Positions 8,997-20,100 of a DNA stretch of 48,999 bases are shown in pieces. Origin of the DNA: a virus; IMG/VR virus record IMGVR_UViG_3300001348_000001. One strand, 5' to 3'. The position numbers and the translations under genes are program-made. Position 1 is the first letter of the stretch; every line of letters begins with the position of its first letter. The notes under the pieces are model-generated. The model worked only from the letters and a program-made list of their open reading frames with translations. It was not told the DNA's origin and did not search any database.

Positions 8997-11900
8997 ATGA
9001 GCAATAAAAATAAAGCCTTGACTGCTTTGAAGCGTAAAAAGTTTAATACTGGTAGTACTGCTACAGCCGATACTACTACTAGTCGTGGCCCCGGAAGTCC
9101 CGGATATGTAGGCCCTGTTGTTAACCCTCTAGACGATGTTGAAATTGATGATCCTGCAAAAAATAGTTTAGCAATTCAGCCAGAGCCTTTTGAAGTTACG
9201 GCTGCTAAAGTAGATAAAGCTGGTGTGGCTTTTAATAATAAAGCACTGGATAAAATATTAGCGCAGAAAAGTATAGACGCTACTTATGATCCTGAAACAG
9301 GTAACTACTCTTATAATGCTTTTGGAAATACTTTTGAAAGAACTCCAGCACAAATGGCACTTGCAGCAGGTTATAAAAATTTAAGCCCTTTTATGGGAGG
9401 TCAAAGTTTTCAAACTCAAAACGAAGACATATCAAAACTTGATACAGGAACTCCTGCAGTAAACACAAAAGCTGCTATAGGGGCTTCTGCTACAAAAGGA
9501 ACTGCTACAACTAGCACTGCGGACACAGCAAAATCACCGTTGGGTTTTGATGCTCAGAATGTTGCGAGAGCTTTTAAAGAAAAAACAGGTTTTAATTATA
9601 AGGTTAGTAGTGACGGTAAAATTAGATTTCAGGACGGTGCAGGTAGATCATTTACAAGAGATCCTGAGGACTTAGCTGAAGAGTTTAAGTTAGAGGGAGA
9701 CTTTGGAACAAGTTTAAAGGCATCTACCTACACTGCCGGTGAAGTAAAAGAAAGTGAGTTTGTTAAAGCCGCTGGTGCTAAAAGAGATAAAGACCCTATA
9801 ACAGGTTTACCTATTGAGCCAACAAAAGCCGAAGCTGGTAAAGCAACTCTTACTGATGCGGCTGTTGCAGCAGAGCGTGATAGTTTTGAAGAAACACTTG
9901 CTAAAGGTACTGCGGCTCAAAGACCCACCGAAGAACCCCGTGTACTAAGCGATAAACAGGCTAAAGTAGAGTACAGCCAGTCTGAAGCAGGTAGAGCTGT
10001 CTATACTGCAAAAGCTCAAGCAGAGCAACAATATGCTAATAAAGAAAGATCTATAAGAGAGCAAATACGTAGAGCAGCTACACCAGAAGAACGTGATAAG
10101 TTAAATGATGAGCTTGTTGCTAACAGCAGGAACAGATCAAAAATGCTTTCTGATTTTAGCCTTGCAGTTAAAGAAGGAGCAGCATTAACAAAACAAAACG
10201 CAGCCTCTGGAATAAAGCAATACGCAGAAGGTGTAACCACAGCTCAAACACAAGAAGTAGCTGATGTAGCTGGCCCCGCTGTTACGACAAGCGAAGGCGT
10301 TACTATTAGTGCAGATGATATAACTAAGTTAAAACTAGAGGCTGATAAGCGTGGCGTAGGCGTTGAAGAATTAAAAGAGTATCAAGATTTAATTGCTACT
10401 AAAGATCGTACAGAACAATCAGGAACTGCCGCTACAAGGGTTGATCCTGTTACAGGTCAGCCTATATCTCAAGCTTTAGATGTTACAGAAGAGGGTTTAC
10501 CTACAGCCGAAGCCGCTACGGCTGCTTTTGTTGCTTCTGATTATACACCTGATGGTGGTAATACTACTATAGATAATACACCGGCTTATAAAAAAGCTGC
10601 GAGCCGTGAAGCACAGGTAGGCACAGCAGCAGAGCGTACAGCAGCAGACCTTGGTACGGCTCCTTCAGTAGACTTTGAAAGCCGTGAAGCTATTACAGGT
10701 ACAGCACCTCAAGGAGATGCTTCTCAGATTGGTGGTGTCCCTACAATGGCTGCTGCAAGTCGTAACGCTGTACAGGGCAAAGAAAGAAAAGTAGCTGCCG
10801 CAGACATGATGGCAGTTGTTGCTGGAGTTCCTGAAGAAGTTACTGCTGCAATCTCTGAAGACCCTGCAACTGTACAGGCTCAAATAGATGAAGGAGCTGA
10901 TCCACAAGTAACCGCAGCGGTAGCAGCTTTACCTGAAGAAGCCCTTGTTTCTGTACAGATGGAGAACCTCTTAGCCGGTATGGAAGACGGTGAAACTCCT
11001 GCGTGGGCTAGACCTGCGGTAGCACAGATAGAGCAGATGATGGCTCAGAGAGGCTTGTCAGCGTCTACTGTAGGTCGTGATGCTTTGTTTAATGCTATTA
11101 TTCAAAGTGCTTTACCTATGGCTCAGAGCAATGCTCAAGCTCTTCAGCAGAGAGCACAACAAAACCTTAGTAACGAGCAGCAAGCTAACTTAGCATCTGC
11201 TCAAAATACTATGACTGTGCGTATGCAGAACCTTGCTAATCGTCAGACTGCTGCTTCTCAGACAGCTTCTATGGCCCAAGAGATTAAAGTACAACAAGGC
11301 AGCTTTAAGCAGCAAGCAACTATTACTACAGCGCAGCAAGAACAACAAACTGAGATGGCTACTTTTCAAGCTGCTCAACAGAAATCACAACAAGAGTCTG
11401 CACAGCGTCAACAAGCTGCTATAGCTGAATTAAATACTAATGCTCAAATGGATCTAGCAAACCTGCAAGCCATGAATGCTGCTGATTCCGAAAGCATGAG
11501 TGCTGAACAACAAGCTCGTTTAACTGGTTACAATGCTCAGATTGCTAAGGTTATGCGTCAAGCAGACTTAAAGCAGGACATGGAAAAAGCCAACTTAAAC
11601 GCTTCTTTACAGCTAGAGCTTTCTAATTTATCAGAAAAGAATGCTGCTGCTAAAGATACAATGACAGCAGAAAACCAAGAAAAGCTGACTAACCTACAGA
11701 CTCTTGTAGAGTTTAGAAAAGGAGATGCACAGTTTGCTCAACAGATGGATATGGCTAACATGTCTAATGAGCAGCAAATGGAATTAGCTATGTTGCAAGA
11801 AAGGGCAGCTACAGACGCCGCTAACTTTACAGCAGACAATCAATTTGAACTAACTCGCTTAAATAATGTAGTAGCTAGATCAATAAGACAAGCTGAACTT

Positions 11901-13328
11901 AATCAGCGTATGGAAGAAGTAAATCTTGATGCAAAGTTAAAATTAGAATTATCTGAATTAACTGAAGCAAATGCAACTTCTAGAGCTAACATGAGTGCTG
12001 AACAGCAAACGCGATTAGCTAACTTAAATGTTTTAGTAGACTTTAAAAAGACTAATGTAGCTATGGCCCAGCAAATGGACTTAGCTAACCTAGGCAACGA
12101 GCAACAGATGGAGCTTGCTAACCTAGCTGAAAAGGCCGCTACAGATTCAGCCAACATGACTGCTGAGAATAAACTTAGATCTCAAAAGTTAAATAACTAT
12201 GTTCAAGTTATGTCTCAAGATGAGCAGCTTAAAATGCAAGCAGATCTTGCTAATCTTTCTATGGAAGAAAAGATCTCTTTAGCAAATCTAAGCAATCAGC
12301 AACAGTCTGACATGGCCTCTATGAGTGCTGAGAATGTAGCTGAACTACAGCGTTATGAAAAACAAATGGGTGCTGCACAGCTTAATGCTAACTTAGCACA
12401 GCAAATGGGCTTGGCTAACCTTAGTAATCAGCAACAAGCATCTATGTTTAATGCTCAAATAGACGCTAATTTAGACATGAAGCAGTTTGATGCTAATCAG
12501 CAGATGGCATTAGCTAATAGTCAGTTTATGCAATCAATGACTATGAAAAACCTAGACAACAAACAGCAAGCGGCTATGCAAAATGCTACTGCAATGGCTT
12601 CTATGGATCTACAAGCGGCTGATAATTTAACTAAAGTGTCTATTGAAAATGCTAGGAACTTTTTAGCTATGGACATGGCTGAGTTAAATAATGATCAGCA
12701 GGCTGCTATGTTAAACGCACAGCAAGCCCAGCAAACTTTGTTATCTAATTTTGCAGCCGCTAATGCCTCAAAACAATTTAATGCTACCTCTGAGCAGCAG
12801 ACAAATCAGTTTATGGCTAATCTTGGTCAGACAATGAATCAGTTTAATGCTTCACAGGCTAACGCCATGACGCAATTCAATGCTTCAGAAAAGAATAGGT
12901 TGGCTGCTATAGACGCTGGCAATGCTTTAGAAGCTGATAAAATGAATACTCAGATTAATGCACAAGTTGATCAATATAATGCTGACAATGAACTTAAAAG
13001 AGAGCAATGGAATGCTGCGAATGAACAGGCAGTAGAGCAATCAAATGTTGCGTGGCGTAGACAGGCTAATACTATAGACACTGCGGCTCAAAATGCTGCA
13101 AATCAATTAGCAGTTCAACAAGCTTTTTCGTTAAATGCTACAGAGCAAAACATGTTATGGCAGCAATTAAGTGATGAGCAAAATTATTTAAGGCAGGGTT
13201 ATGAAAACGAGCAGCAAAGAAGAACTACTTTGTATGCTACAGCTTTAGCTAATGAAAGTGCCACAGGCCCTTCTGGGACTGTAAATTCAATTGTTACTGC
13301 AATCTTAAAAGCAATGGGAGGAACTTAG
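8997..13328 (+). CDS. Large internal virion/ejection-type protein (1443 aa), Q/A/N-rich coiled-coil repeats
   Basis: Size and position in the block between fibre and lysis genes. The C-terminal two thirds is made of degenerate (L/M)AN(L/M)SNEQQ(M/A) repeats. Confidence 0.55.
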   Translation: MSNKNKALTALKRKKFNTGSTATADTTTSRGPGSPGYVGPVVNPLDDVEIDDPAKNSLAIQPEPFEVTAAKVDKAGVAFNNKALDKILAQKSIDATYDPETGNYSYNAFGNTFERTPAQMALAAGYKNLSPFMGGQSFQTQNEDISKLDTGTPAVNTKAAIGASATKGTATTSTADTAKSPLGFDAQNVARAFKEKTGFNYKVSSDGKIRFQDGAGRSFTRDPEDLAEEFKLEGDFGTSLKASTYTAGEVKESEFVKAAGAKRDKDPITGLPIEPTKAEAGKATLTDAAVAAERDSFEETLAKGTAAQRPTEEPRVLSDKQAKVEYSQSEAGRAVYTAKAQAEQQYANKERSIREQIRRAATPEERDKLNDELVANSRNRSKMLSDFSLAVKEGAALTKQNAASGIKQYAEGVTTAQTQEVADVAGPAVTTSEGVTISADDITKLKLEADKRGVGVEELKEYQDLIATKDRTEQSGTAATRVDPVTGQPISQALDVTEEGLPTAEAATAAFVASDYTPDGGNTTIDNTPAYKKAASREAQVGTAAERTAADLGTAPSVDFESREAITGTAPQGDASQIGGVPTMAAASRNAVQGKERKVAAADMMAVVAGVPEEVTAAISEDPATVQAQIDEGADPQVTAAVAALPEEALVSVQMENLLAGMEDGETPAWARPAVAQIEQMMAQRGLSASTVGRDALFNAIIQSALPMAQSNAQALQQRAQQNLSNEQQANLASAQNTMTVRMQNLANRQTAASQTASMAQEIKVQQGSFKQQATITTAQQEQQTEMATFQAAQQKSQQESAQRQQAAIAELNTNAQMDLANLQAMNAADSESMSAEQQARLTGYNAQIAKVMRQADLKQDMEKANLNASLQLELSNLSEKNAAAKDTMTAENQEKLTNLQTLVEFRKGDAQFAQQMDMANMSNEQQMELAMLQERAATDAANFTADNQFELTRLNNVVARSIRQAELNQRMEEVNLDAKLKLELSELTEANATSRANMSAEQQTRLANLNVLVDFKKTNVAMAQQMDLANLGNEQQMELANLAEKAATDSANMTAENKLRSQKLNNYVQVMSQDEQLKMQADLANLSMEEKISLANLSNQQQSDMASMSAENVAELQRYEKQMGAAQLNANLAQQMGLANLSNQQQASMFNAQIDANLDMKQFDANQQMALANSQFMQSMTMKNLDNKQQAAMQNATAMASMDLQAADNLTKVSIENARNFLAMDMAELNNDQQAAMLNAQQAQQTLLSNFAAANASKQFNATSEQQTNQFMANLGQTMNQFNASQANAMTQFNASEKNRLAAIDAGNALEADKMNTQINAQVDQYNADNELKREQWNAANEQAVEQSNVAWRRQANTIDTAAQNAANQLAVQQAFSLNATEQNMLWQQLSDEQNYLRQGYENEQQRRTTLYATALANESATGPSGTVNSIVTAILKAMGGT
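11556..12215 (+). repeat. Tandem 330-nt (110-aa) duplication inside the 1443-aa protein
   Basis: RQADLKQDMEKANLNASLQLELSNLSEKNA...QQMDMANMSNEQQMELAMLQERAATDAANFTADNQ aligns with RQAELNQRMEEVNLDAKLKLELSELTEANA...QQMDLANLGNEQQMELANLAEKAATDSANMTAENK. Unit starts at 11556 and 11886. Confidence 0.85.
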
Positions 13329-13329
13329 G

Positions 13330-14553
13330 ATGGGATTTTTTAGTAAGCTTTGGAAGGGCGTTAAGAAAGTTGTTAAAAAGATTGGCAGGGGCATTAAAAA
13401 AGTTGTAAGCAAAGTTGGTAAGTTTGTAGGTAAACTTGGCATTGTAGGGCAAATAGGAATGTTTTTTCTCATGCCCCATGTGGCTGGTTTTCTTATGAAG
13501 GGACTAGGCGCAGCCGCAGGTGGACTATTAAATGTGGCTGGTCAAGGCTTAGGCGGTACTTTAGCTAGAGGCTTAGGAACTGTATTAAAAACAGCTCATA
13601 GTTTTGCAGGAACTGTAGGAAATGTTTTTGGTACTATTACTGAAGGAGTAAGTAATTTTGCTAAAACAGCCCTAAATAAAATCCCCGGTATTACTATTGA
13701 CGGAGCTGCTACAAACTTTTTTGGTAATGATAGTGCTTGGTCTAGGACTCTAGATACAGGTTCTAAAATTCTTGATCCCTTTAAAGGTCAAACTAATTTT
13801 GGTAAAGACACTACTTTTGCAGATGCCTCTAAAGAAGTTGGTATTAAAGAAAGTACATTGCGTGAATTAAATCCACAGTTTGGGGGAGATGTAATTCCAG
13901 CAGGTGCTAATATGAGTACGGACTTTAGCTCAAAAGGTTTTAAAATAGCTGATGCTTATAGATCTGGTTTAGAAGTAGCGCAGCCTAGTTTTAGTATTAC
14001 AGAAGATTTTATCAAAAGCTCTACTCCTAATGTTTATGGTGGGGCAGAAGATAGTATAATTCCCACAAAAGATAGCTTTAGTTTACAAACAGCTCCTGCT
14101 GTTGAAGCAGCACAGCCTTTAGATGTTTTTGGCAATGTACTTCCTGAAACAGGTTATCAATATGATCCAACAACAGGTACAAGAGTGCCGGGATCTACTG
14201 AATATGTTTTCCCTGCTGCTAGTTCCGAAGCAGTAAAAAAGGGGACAGCAAGCTCTATACTAAGTAAAACAGCCAGTACTGTAGGAGAGCGTTTTTCTGC
14301 AGACCCTTTAGGTACAATATCCGCAGGTTTAGACATAGCACAGCAGGGTAAAAACTTAGTAACTGATGAGGATTATTACCAACCACAGCGAGGTCAAGTA
14401 ATGGATTTTGGCAACGCTCCTACCATACAAAGTCGCCAAGTGGCTGGTGTAGATACTTCATGGATGCAGTTTGGTACTCCTGCTTATCAATCAGGCTACT
14501 CAAACTATGATCCTTTTGCTTATTTACAATTCATGCAATCACGGACAGCTTAA
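13330..14553 (+). CDS. Internal virion/ejection protein (407 aa) with cationic amphipathic N-terminus and a hydrophobic segment
   Basis: GGAG RBS. N-terminus GFFSKLWKGVKKVVKKIGRGIKKVVSKVGKFVGKLG, then IVGQIGMFFLMPHVAGFLMKGLGAAAGGLL. Confidence 0.55.
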   Translation: MGFFSKLWKGVKKVVKKIGRGIKKVVSKVGKFVGKLGIVGQIGMFFLMPHVAGFLMKGLGAAAGGLLNVAGQGLGGTLARGLGTVLKTAHSFAGTVGNVFGTITEGVSNFAKTALNKIPGITIDGAATNFFGNDSAWSRTLDTGSKILDPFKGQTNFGKDTTFADASKEVGIKESTLRELNPQFGGDVIPAGANMSTDFSSKGFKIADAYRSGLEVAQPSFSITEDFIKSSTPNVYGGAEDSIIPTKDSFSLQTAPAVEAAQPLDVFGNVLPETGYQYDPTTGTRVPGSTEYVFPAASSEAVKKGTASSILSKTASTVGERFSADPLGTISAGLDIAQQGKNLVTDEDYYQPQRGQVMDFGNAPTIQSRQVAGVDTSWMQFGTPAYQSGYSNYDPFAYLQFMQSRTA

Positions 14554-14555
14554 TT

Positions 14556-15080
14556 ATGGATGAAGAATACAGAAAAGTAATAACTAAAATGGACAGGCCT
14601 ATTCCGGGGTCTTCGTTAACGGTTCCTGTAGAAGAAGCTACTTGGCGTAAGCCTCCTGAATATACATCTGTCCATAAAGCTTCAGAGTTTATTTTTGAAA
14701 AGGTTACAGAAGAAGAAACGTATGTAAGCTTAATGAATGCTATTGATGATGGAACTCCTATTATGGATGTTGTTCAAGTTTTAGCCTTTCAAGGTTTTAA
14801 CCAGAACAAGTGGAACCCTGATTTAATGATGCTTATCATTGAGCCAACTGCGTATATTTTAATGGCCTTGGCAGAAAGAGCTGGTATTGATTATACAATC
14901 TACCGTGGCGAAGAAGAAGATGAGCCTTCTGTAATGGGTGTACAGTTACCTAAAGATAGGGTTGATAAGCTTAAAAACGCTCAAGAGACTTCTCAAATTC
15001 CTGACAATGCTATACCGCAAGGTATTCAGGAAAAAATAGAAGAAATGCCAGAACCTAAAAGTTTACTAGCGAGAGATTAA
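14556..15080 (+). CDS. Virion-module protein (174 aa), function unknown
   Basis: ORF tightly packed in the structural operon. Confidence 0.55.
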   Translation: MDEEYRKVITKMDRPIPGSSLTVPVEEATWRKPPEYTSVHKASEFIFEKVTEEETYVSLMNAIDDGTPIMDVVQVLAFQGFNQNKWNPDLMMLIIEPTAYILMALAERAGIDYTIYRGEEEDEPSVMGVQLPKDRVDKLKNAQETSQIPDNAIPQGIQEKIEEMPEPKSLLARD

Positions 15081-15082
15081 TT

Positions 15083-17128
15083 ATGGGTATTGAATCATTA
15101 GGTGAAAGCCTGTTAGCAGGCCGTAGAAAAACACGTAAGAAAATGCGTAAAGAAGAAAACTTAGGTGCTCTAATAACTGGCGGGTTAACTATAGCTAATG
15201 CTATGTTAAAGAAAAAGTCAGACGATTTTTTACAGAATGAAAATGTTCTTTCTCAACAAATGGCATATGAAAAAAGTGCTGCTTCAGCGGCTCAAACACA
15301 AAAAGATTGGGAGAATGCTAACAATCATATAGGAGGCGTTAATGGCTGGTTTAAAGACAAGCTACGTCCCCAAGTTAAATCACAAGCCGATCTGTTAATT
15401 AGAGAAGAACGTCTGTCTAATATGGATGAGTATAATCAATATATAGAAGATCAGTTAGACACTTTAATAGGTGAAGAAGATGGTGATGGTTTGTATGGTA
15501 AATTTTCTACAGCCTTTAAAACTGCTTCTAGTTTAGCACCTACCTCTCAGTTTAATGATTATATTAAAAATAAAAATCCAGCTTATAGGAATGTAGGTAG
15601 TGCTGTTGCTGGCTGGTTGCGTAAAGAAAATCCTAGTACTGAAAGAGCTTTAGAAACTATTGCATCTAGTAGATATGTACAAAATCAACAGGCTTATACT
15701 ACAGCTTTGGAAAGTTATCGGGGTGGTTTATCTGCAACTGCTAGTCTTGAACTTGCTGATATAGCAGCGCAAGAATTTAAACAAAAGCCTGAAGAAGTTA
15801 TAATAAAGTCAGAAATAATTTATATCGATCATGGTAAAGAAGGGTCTAGGGTTAAAATCCCTGTTATGCAAAAAACAGCTAAAAATAGAGATGGCAGTGT
15901 GCGTACATTTCAAACCGCAGTCAAAGATAATCCACTTAGTAAAAAGTTTTTTGATAATAAACCTATACAAGTAGCACAGCAAGTTGAAATAGAAACTGTA
16001 AATGCTTATACGGGTGAGAAAATTAAATCAAAAAGGACTTTAGTAACTGATCCTTTTGGGGTTCCTATAAATAATGGAAAGCCGTATCATTTAGACGCAC
16101 AAAAAACAGGCACAACAATTGATTCTCCACCTACTATTAGTGCTATTAATATAAAGTTTGCAGAAACTATGATGTCTCCTATTGATAGTAGTTTTAGTTT
16201 TAGATCACCAGACGATAAAGCCCTTTTAAAAGCAGCTATTGCAAGCACAGACGATACTGAAGCAGGTAAAAGAAAAGCAGTAACTTTTCAAAAACTTACT
16301 TACGGGGTTTCTCAACGCTTACAAGAACAAGTAATGGGAGGCCCTTCAGACACAAGAGTCCCTTTACGTTCGCCTAAGACTAGCCCTTTTTCTAAAAACT
16401 TAGCTTCTGATTTAGCGGCTGAAATAACGACAATGGGTCTTTTGTATACACAGAAAGCTTCTGCTGACGAAGCGCCCGGAACCCCTTTAATTCAAAATTT
16501 ACAAGGGGTTGTAACAGATGGTCAAGACGTTAACGGAGTTTTAGTAGCTTTAGGTTTAGAATCTTTAAATGGTAGAAGTAATTATAACGCTTATCAGTTA
16601 CCCGGACAAGCTACTGTTTCTTTATTTAATTCCGCACTGTCCCCAAAAAACTTAGAAGTTTTTAATGAGTCAGCTTCTGAACACGCTAAAACTTATGTTA
16701 AGGATATGATTAAGGCCAGCTTAGAGGCTGGTAGAGTAGACGGTGGTAATCGCTCTTTATGGGCTATGCCTTTAACTGGGACAGGCGTTACAGGGGCTGA
16801 GTTGCTAGGTGTTATGTCTAAGCAAGAAGAAGAAGAGCAAACGCAAGAGCAAGAACTTTTAAGTACTTCAAATGATTTTTTAGGCTTTGGAAAAACTTTT
16901 ACTCCTAGAGACAAAGAGAAAGAGCTAACTGAGCCAGATCAACGCAAAAGAACAAACTTAGATGATAAATATGATCAAGCTTTAAGGCAGTTAAAGGGAG
17001 CAGCTAAATACCCAAACAGATTTCCAGAGTTATATGCTAGAGCAGTTAAAAAAGAAGAGCGGCTAAGAAATACTTTGGGAACAAGGTATCCAAGACCCGA
17101 TAGTTTATTGGACCTAAACACTAAATAG
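15083..17128 (+). CDS. Internal virion protein-like (681 aa)
   Basis: Size and synteny only. Confidence 0.5.
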   Translation: MGIESLGESLLAGRRKTRKKMRKEENLGALITGGLTIANAMLKKKSDDFLQNENVLSQQMAYEKSAASAAQTQKDWENANNHIGGVNGWFKDKLRPQVKSQADLLIREERLSNMDEYNQYIEDQLDTLIGEEDGDGLYGKFSTAFKTASSLAPTSQFNDYIKNKNPAYRNVGSAVAGWLRKENPSTERALETIASSRYVQNQQAYTTALESYRGGLSATASLELADIAAQEFKQKPEEVIIKSEIIYIDHGKEGSRVKIPVMQKTAKNRDGSVRTFQTAVKDNPLSKKFFDNKPIQVAQQVEIETVNAYTGEKIKSKRTLVTDPFGVPINNGKPYHLDAQKTGTTIDSPPTISAINIKFAETMMSPIDSSFSFRSPDDKALLKAAIASTDDTEAGKRKAVTFQKLTYGVSQRLQEQVMGGPSDTRVPLRSPKTSPFSKNLASDLAAEITTMGLLYTQKASADEAPGTPLIQNLQGVVTDGQDVNGVLVALGLESLNGRSNYNAYQLPGQATVSLFNSALSPKNLEVFNESASEHAKTYVKDMIKASLEAGRVDGGNRSLWAMPLTGTGVTGAELLGVMSKQEEEEQTQEQELLSTSNDFLGFGKTFTPRDKEKELTEPDQRKRTNLDDKYDQALRQLKGAAKYPNRFPELYARAVKKEERLRNTLGTRYPRPDSLLDLNTK

Positions 17129-17138
17129 GAATTATTAA

Positions 17139-20100
17139 ATGCTTTATGATGAAAACGAAGAACTAAGCACTTTTAAACGTGTAGAGCCTACCTATTCTGA
17201 AAAGTATGTTGCTTCAGATAATAATAAACTTAGTGTTACGCAGTTTCAAAATGACCCTGAAGTTCAAAAACAAGGTCAAGTATATTTAGAGTGGGTAGCT
17301 CAGAATCAAGCGCTAACCCCCGGAAGTATTGGTGGCTACGAAGATCTTACAGAAACTCTACGAGATGAAGATTATCGTCTTGGCGATATTATTGGTAGAG
17401 CCGCTGTTTCTAAAGACATGCCTGAAAATGTTAAAAAAGCATACTCATTTTTAAGAGATACTTGGGACACTAAAACAGAAAGCAAGGGCTTTAGGGAGCA
17501 CATGGAATCTGTTGCAGATATAGGAACAGACATTATTGCAGACCCTTTAAATCTTTTAAGTCTTATTTTTACAGGCGGTTCAGGAACCGTAGCATCTAAC
17601 GTAGTTGCTAAAGAAGGTGTAAAAGCCACTCTTAAAAGGTTAGCAGTTTCCGATAGCACCTCTGACACGTTAATTAGGGGCGCTATTTCAGGGGCTACGT
17701 GGACAGGCGTTGATGACTTTGCGCGTCAAAATGTAGAAGTTGATGCTAACATGCGCGACGAGGTTTCTTATGGACAAACAGCAGGAGTTACAGCATTAGG
17801 CGCAGGGCTTGGTGCAGGTATGGGTGCCTTGTTTGTAAAAGCAAGAGGCTCTAAAGATTTAACAGAAGCTATTGATGAAAATAACATTGCACAAGCCAGA
17901 AAAGAATATGCAGATGTAGATACAGATGCTGTTATTGATGCAGATGTAGAAACTATAGTGAGCAATGCTGAAGCCAGAGGGGTATCTACCAATGTTAAAG
18001 ATGACTCTTCTGTTGTGCTTGAAGGCGATTTTAATGTTATAGATGATGAAATAGTAACAGTTAGTTCTAAAGCAGGTGGTGGCACTAAAACCTCAGAAGA
18101 GCTTCAAGATACTGTAGATGAAATTGTTAGTGAAGGTGGGCCAAGCTCTGTTATTAAAAATAAAATATTATTTGAAATAAAAAGGATGGGTAATACCTTA
18201 GCATCTAAGGTGGCTTTTAAACCTGCTTCTTTGTTAGATTCATATACAAAATATTCCCCTGCGGCTGCACAGCTACAGAAAAAATTTAGATACGATTTAG
18301 GTAGAAATATTTGGGGAGACAGAAAGTACGATGCACAAGATTTTAACGAGGTTTATAAAGAAACCGCAGGAGGCTACTACGTTGACATTAAAACAGCTAT
18401 GGAGCCAATACAGAAAAATGTACGAGGTGATTTATCAAAAGAAGTAAACTTAGATCTTATAAGAGCTTTAAGGGGTGCAGAATCTAAAGATGTAAATGTT
18501 AATAGTATTGCTGCTACGCTGCGTGAATCTGTATTAGATAAACTTGGAGTAGAATTAAGTGCTAGAGGTTTCATAGATACTCCCGTAGATAAATATTTTC
18601 CCCGCTCTTGGGATCGTAAAGCATTAGAAAATAAACCTGAAGAGTTTGTTGCAAAGCTTAAAAAAGCTGGCGAGGTAGAAACAGACGAAGAAGGCTTTGC
18701 TGTTATAAAAGAAATGTTAGATAAGAAAAATCAATTAGACAATGGTAGTGGTGCTGGGTCACGTTTCTTCTCTAAAAGAGTCTTTAAAAATATAGATGAT
18801 AATGACTTTGAAGAGTTTTTAAACAACGATGTTAATACCGTTCTTATTGATTATGCTTTTCAGGCTTCTAAGCAACTAGCTAAGAAAAAAGTATTTGGCG
18901 TAAAGAACCAAACAGAGTTTGAAAATCGTTGGCTAAACCCCATCGTAAAAGAAATGGATCAAGCCGGGAAAACTTTAAGTTCTGGAGACAGGAAAAACAT
19001 TTTAAAATTATATCAGACAGCTACTGGAGAAGGCGTGTCACGTTTTGAAAGCGAGGCTGTCAATAATACAGTAGATATCTACTCTACTGCCAACAGACTT
19101 GCTTATCTACCACTAGCTACCGTATCTAGTTTAACTGAAATATTTATTAATGTACAAAAAGCAGGACTTCTAAAAACTATCAAAGGTTTCACAAGCGCAT
19201 CTAACACTGCACGAAAAACAATTCAAACTGATTTGCTTGATAAACTAACAAAGCAGCAGGGTCTTACTGAGCCAGAAGCTTGGAAAGAATTAAACCAGTT
19301 TGCAATGGCTCTAGATCCAGCAACAGGTGATGTAGCAGAGCGTTTGGCAGGTGATGCACTTACAAGCGGCACAACTAGAAAAATTAACAATGGTTTCTTT
19401 AGATTTACCATGCTAGATCAGTGGACAAAGCTTGTTCAGCTAACTTCTTTTACTGTAGGTAAAGATTTAATTACTGATAACCTACAGAAAATAGCAGCTC
19501 GCGGAAGTTTAAAAGACTCTAGAAGAATTAAAAATATGCGCGGCGAGCTTAACGAGCTAGGTGTAGATATAGATAAAGGACTAGCTTGGATTCAAGGAGG
19601 CTCAAAACAAGATGATCCTTTTTATAAAGAAGTTATGCGGGGAGCATCCCGCTATACTAACGAGGTTATTCTTACTCCTACCGGCGAATCTGGTATGAAA
19701 CCTTTGTGGATGAGCAGTCCTAAAACATCTATTTTATTTCAGTTTATGGGCTACCCTGCTGCTTTTACAAATACTATTCTTAAAAATGCAGCTACAGCTA
19801 TGATTAAAGACCCTGTAGGTAATGTTCCGAAGACCTTAGCTGCTGGTTTAATTATGACAGAAATGGCTCGTTGGACCAACTACTCTAGGTCTTATGGCAA
19901 AAGCGAAGAGAATAAAACAGAAGAAGAAATATATGTAGAAGCTATTAAGCGTTGGGGTGGTAATGGTTTAACCGCTGATATGCTTTCTAGAGGTAGAAAA
20001 GCAGCAGAGATTTATCAAGATCCAGTTGCTTATGCAACGGGCTTCGGAGGCCCTATTGTTCAAGATGTTTACAAGCTTGGTAAACGCGGTGATGTTGTAA

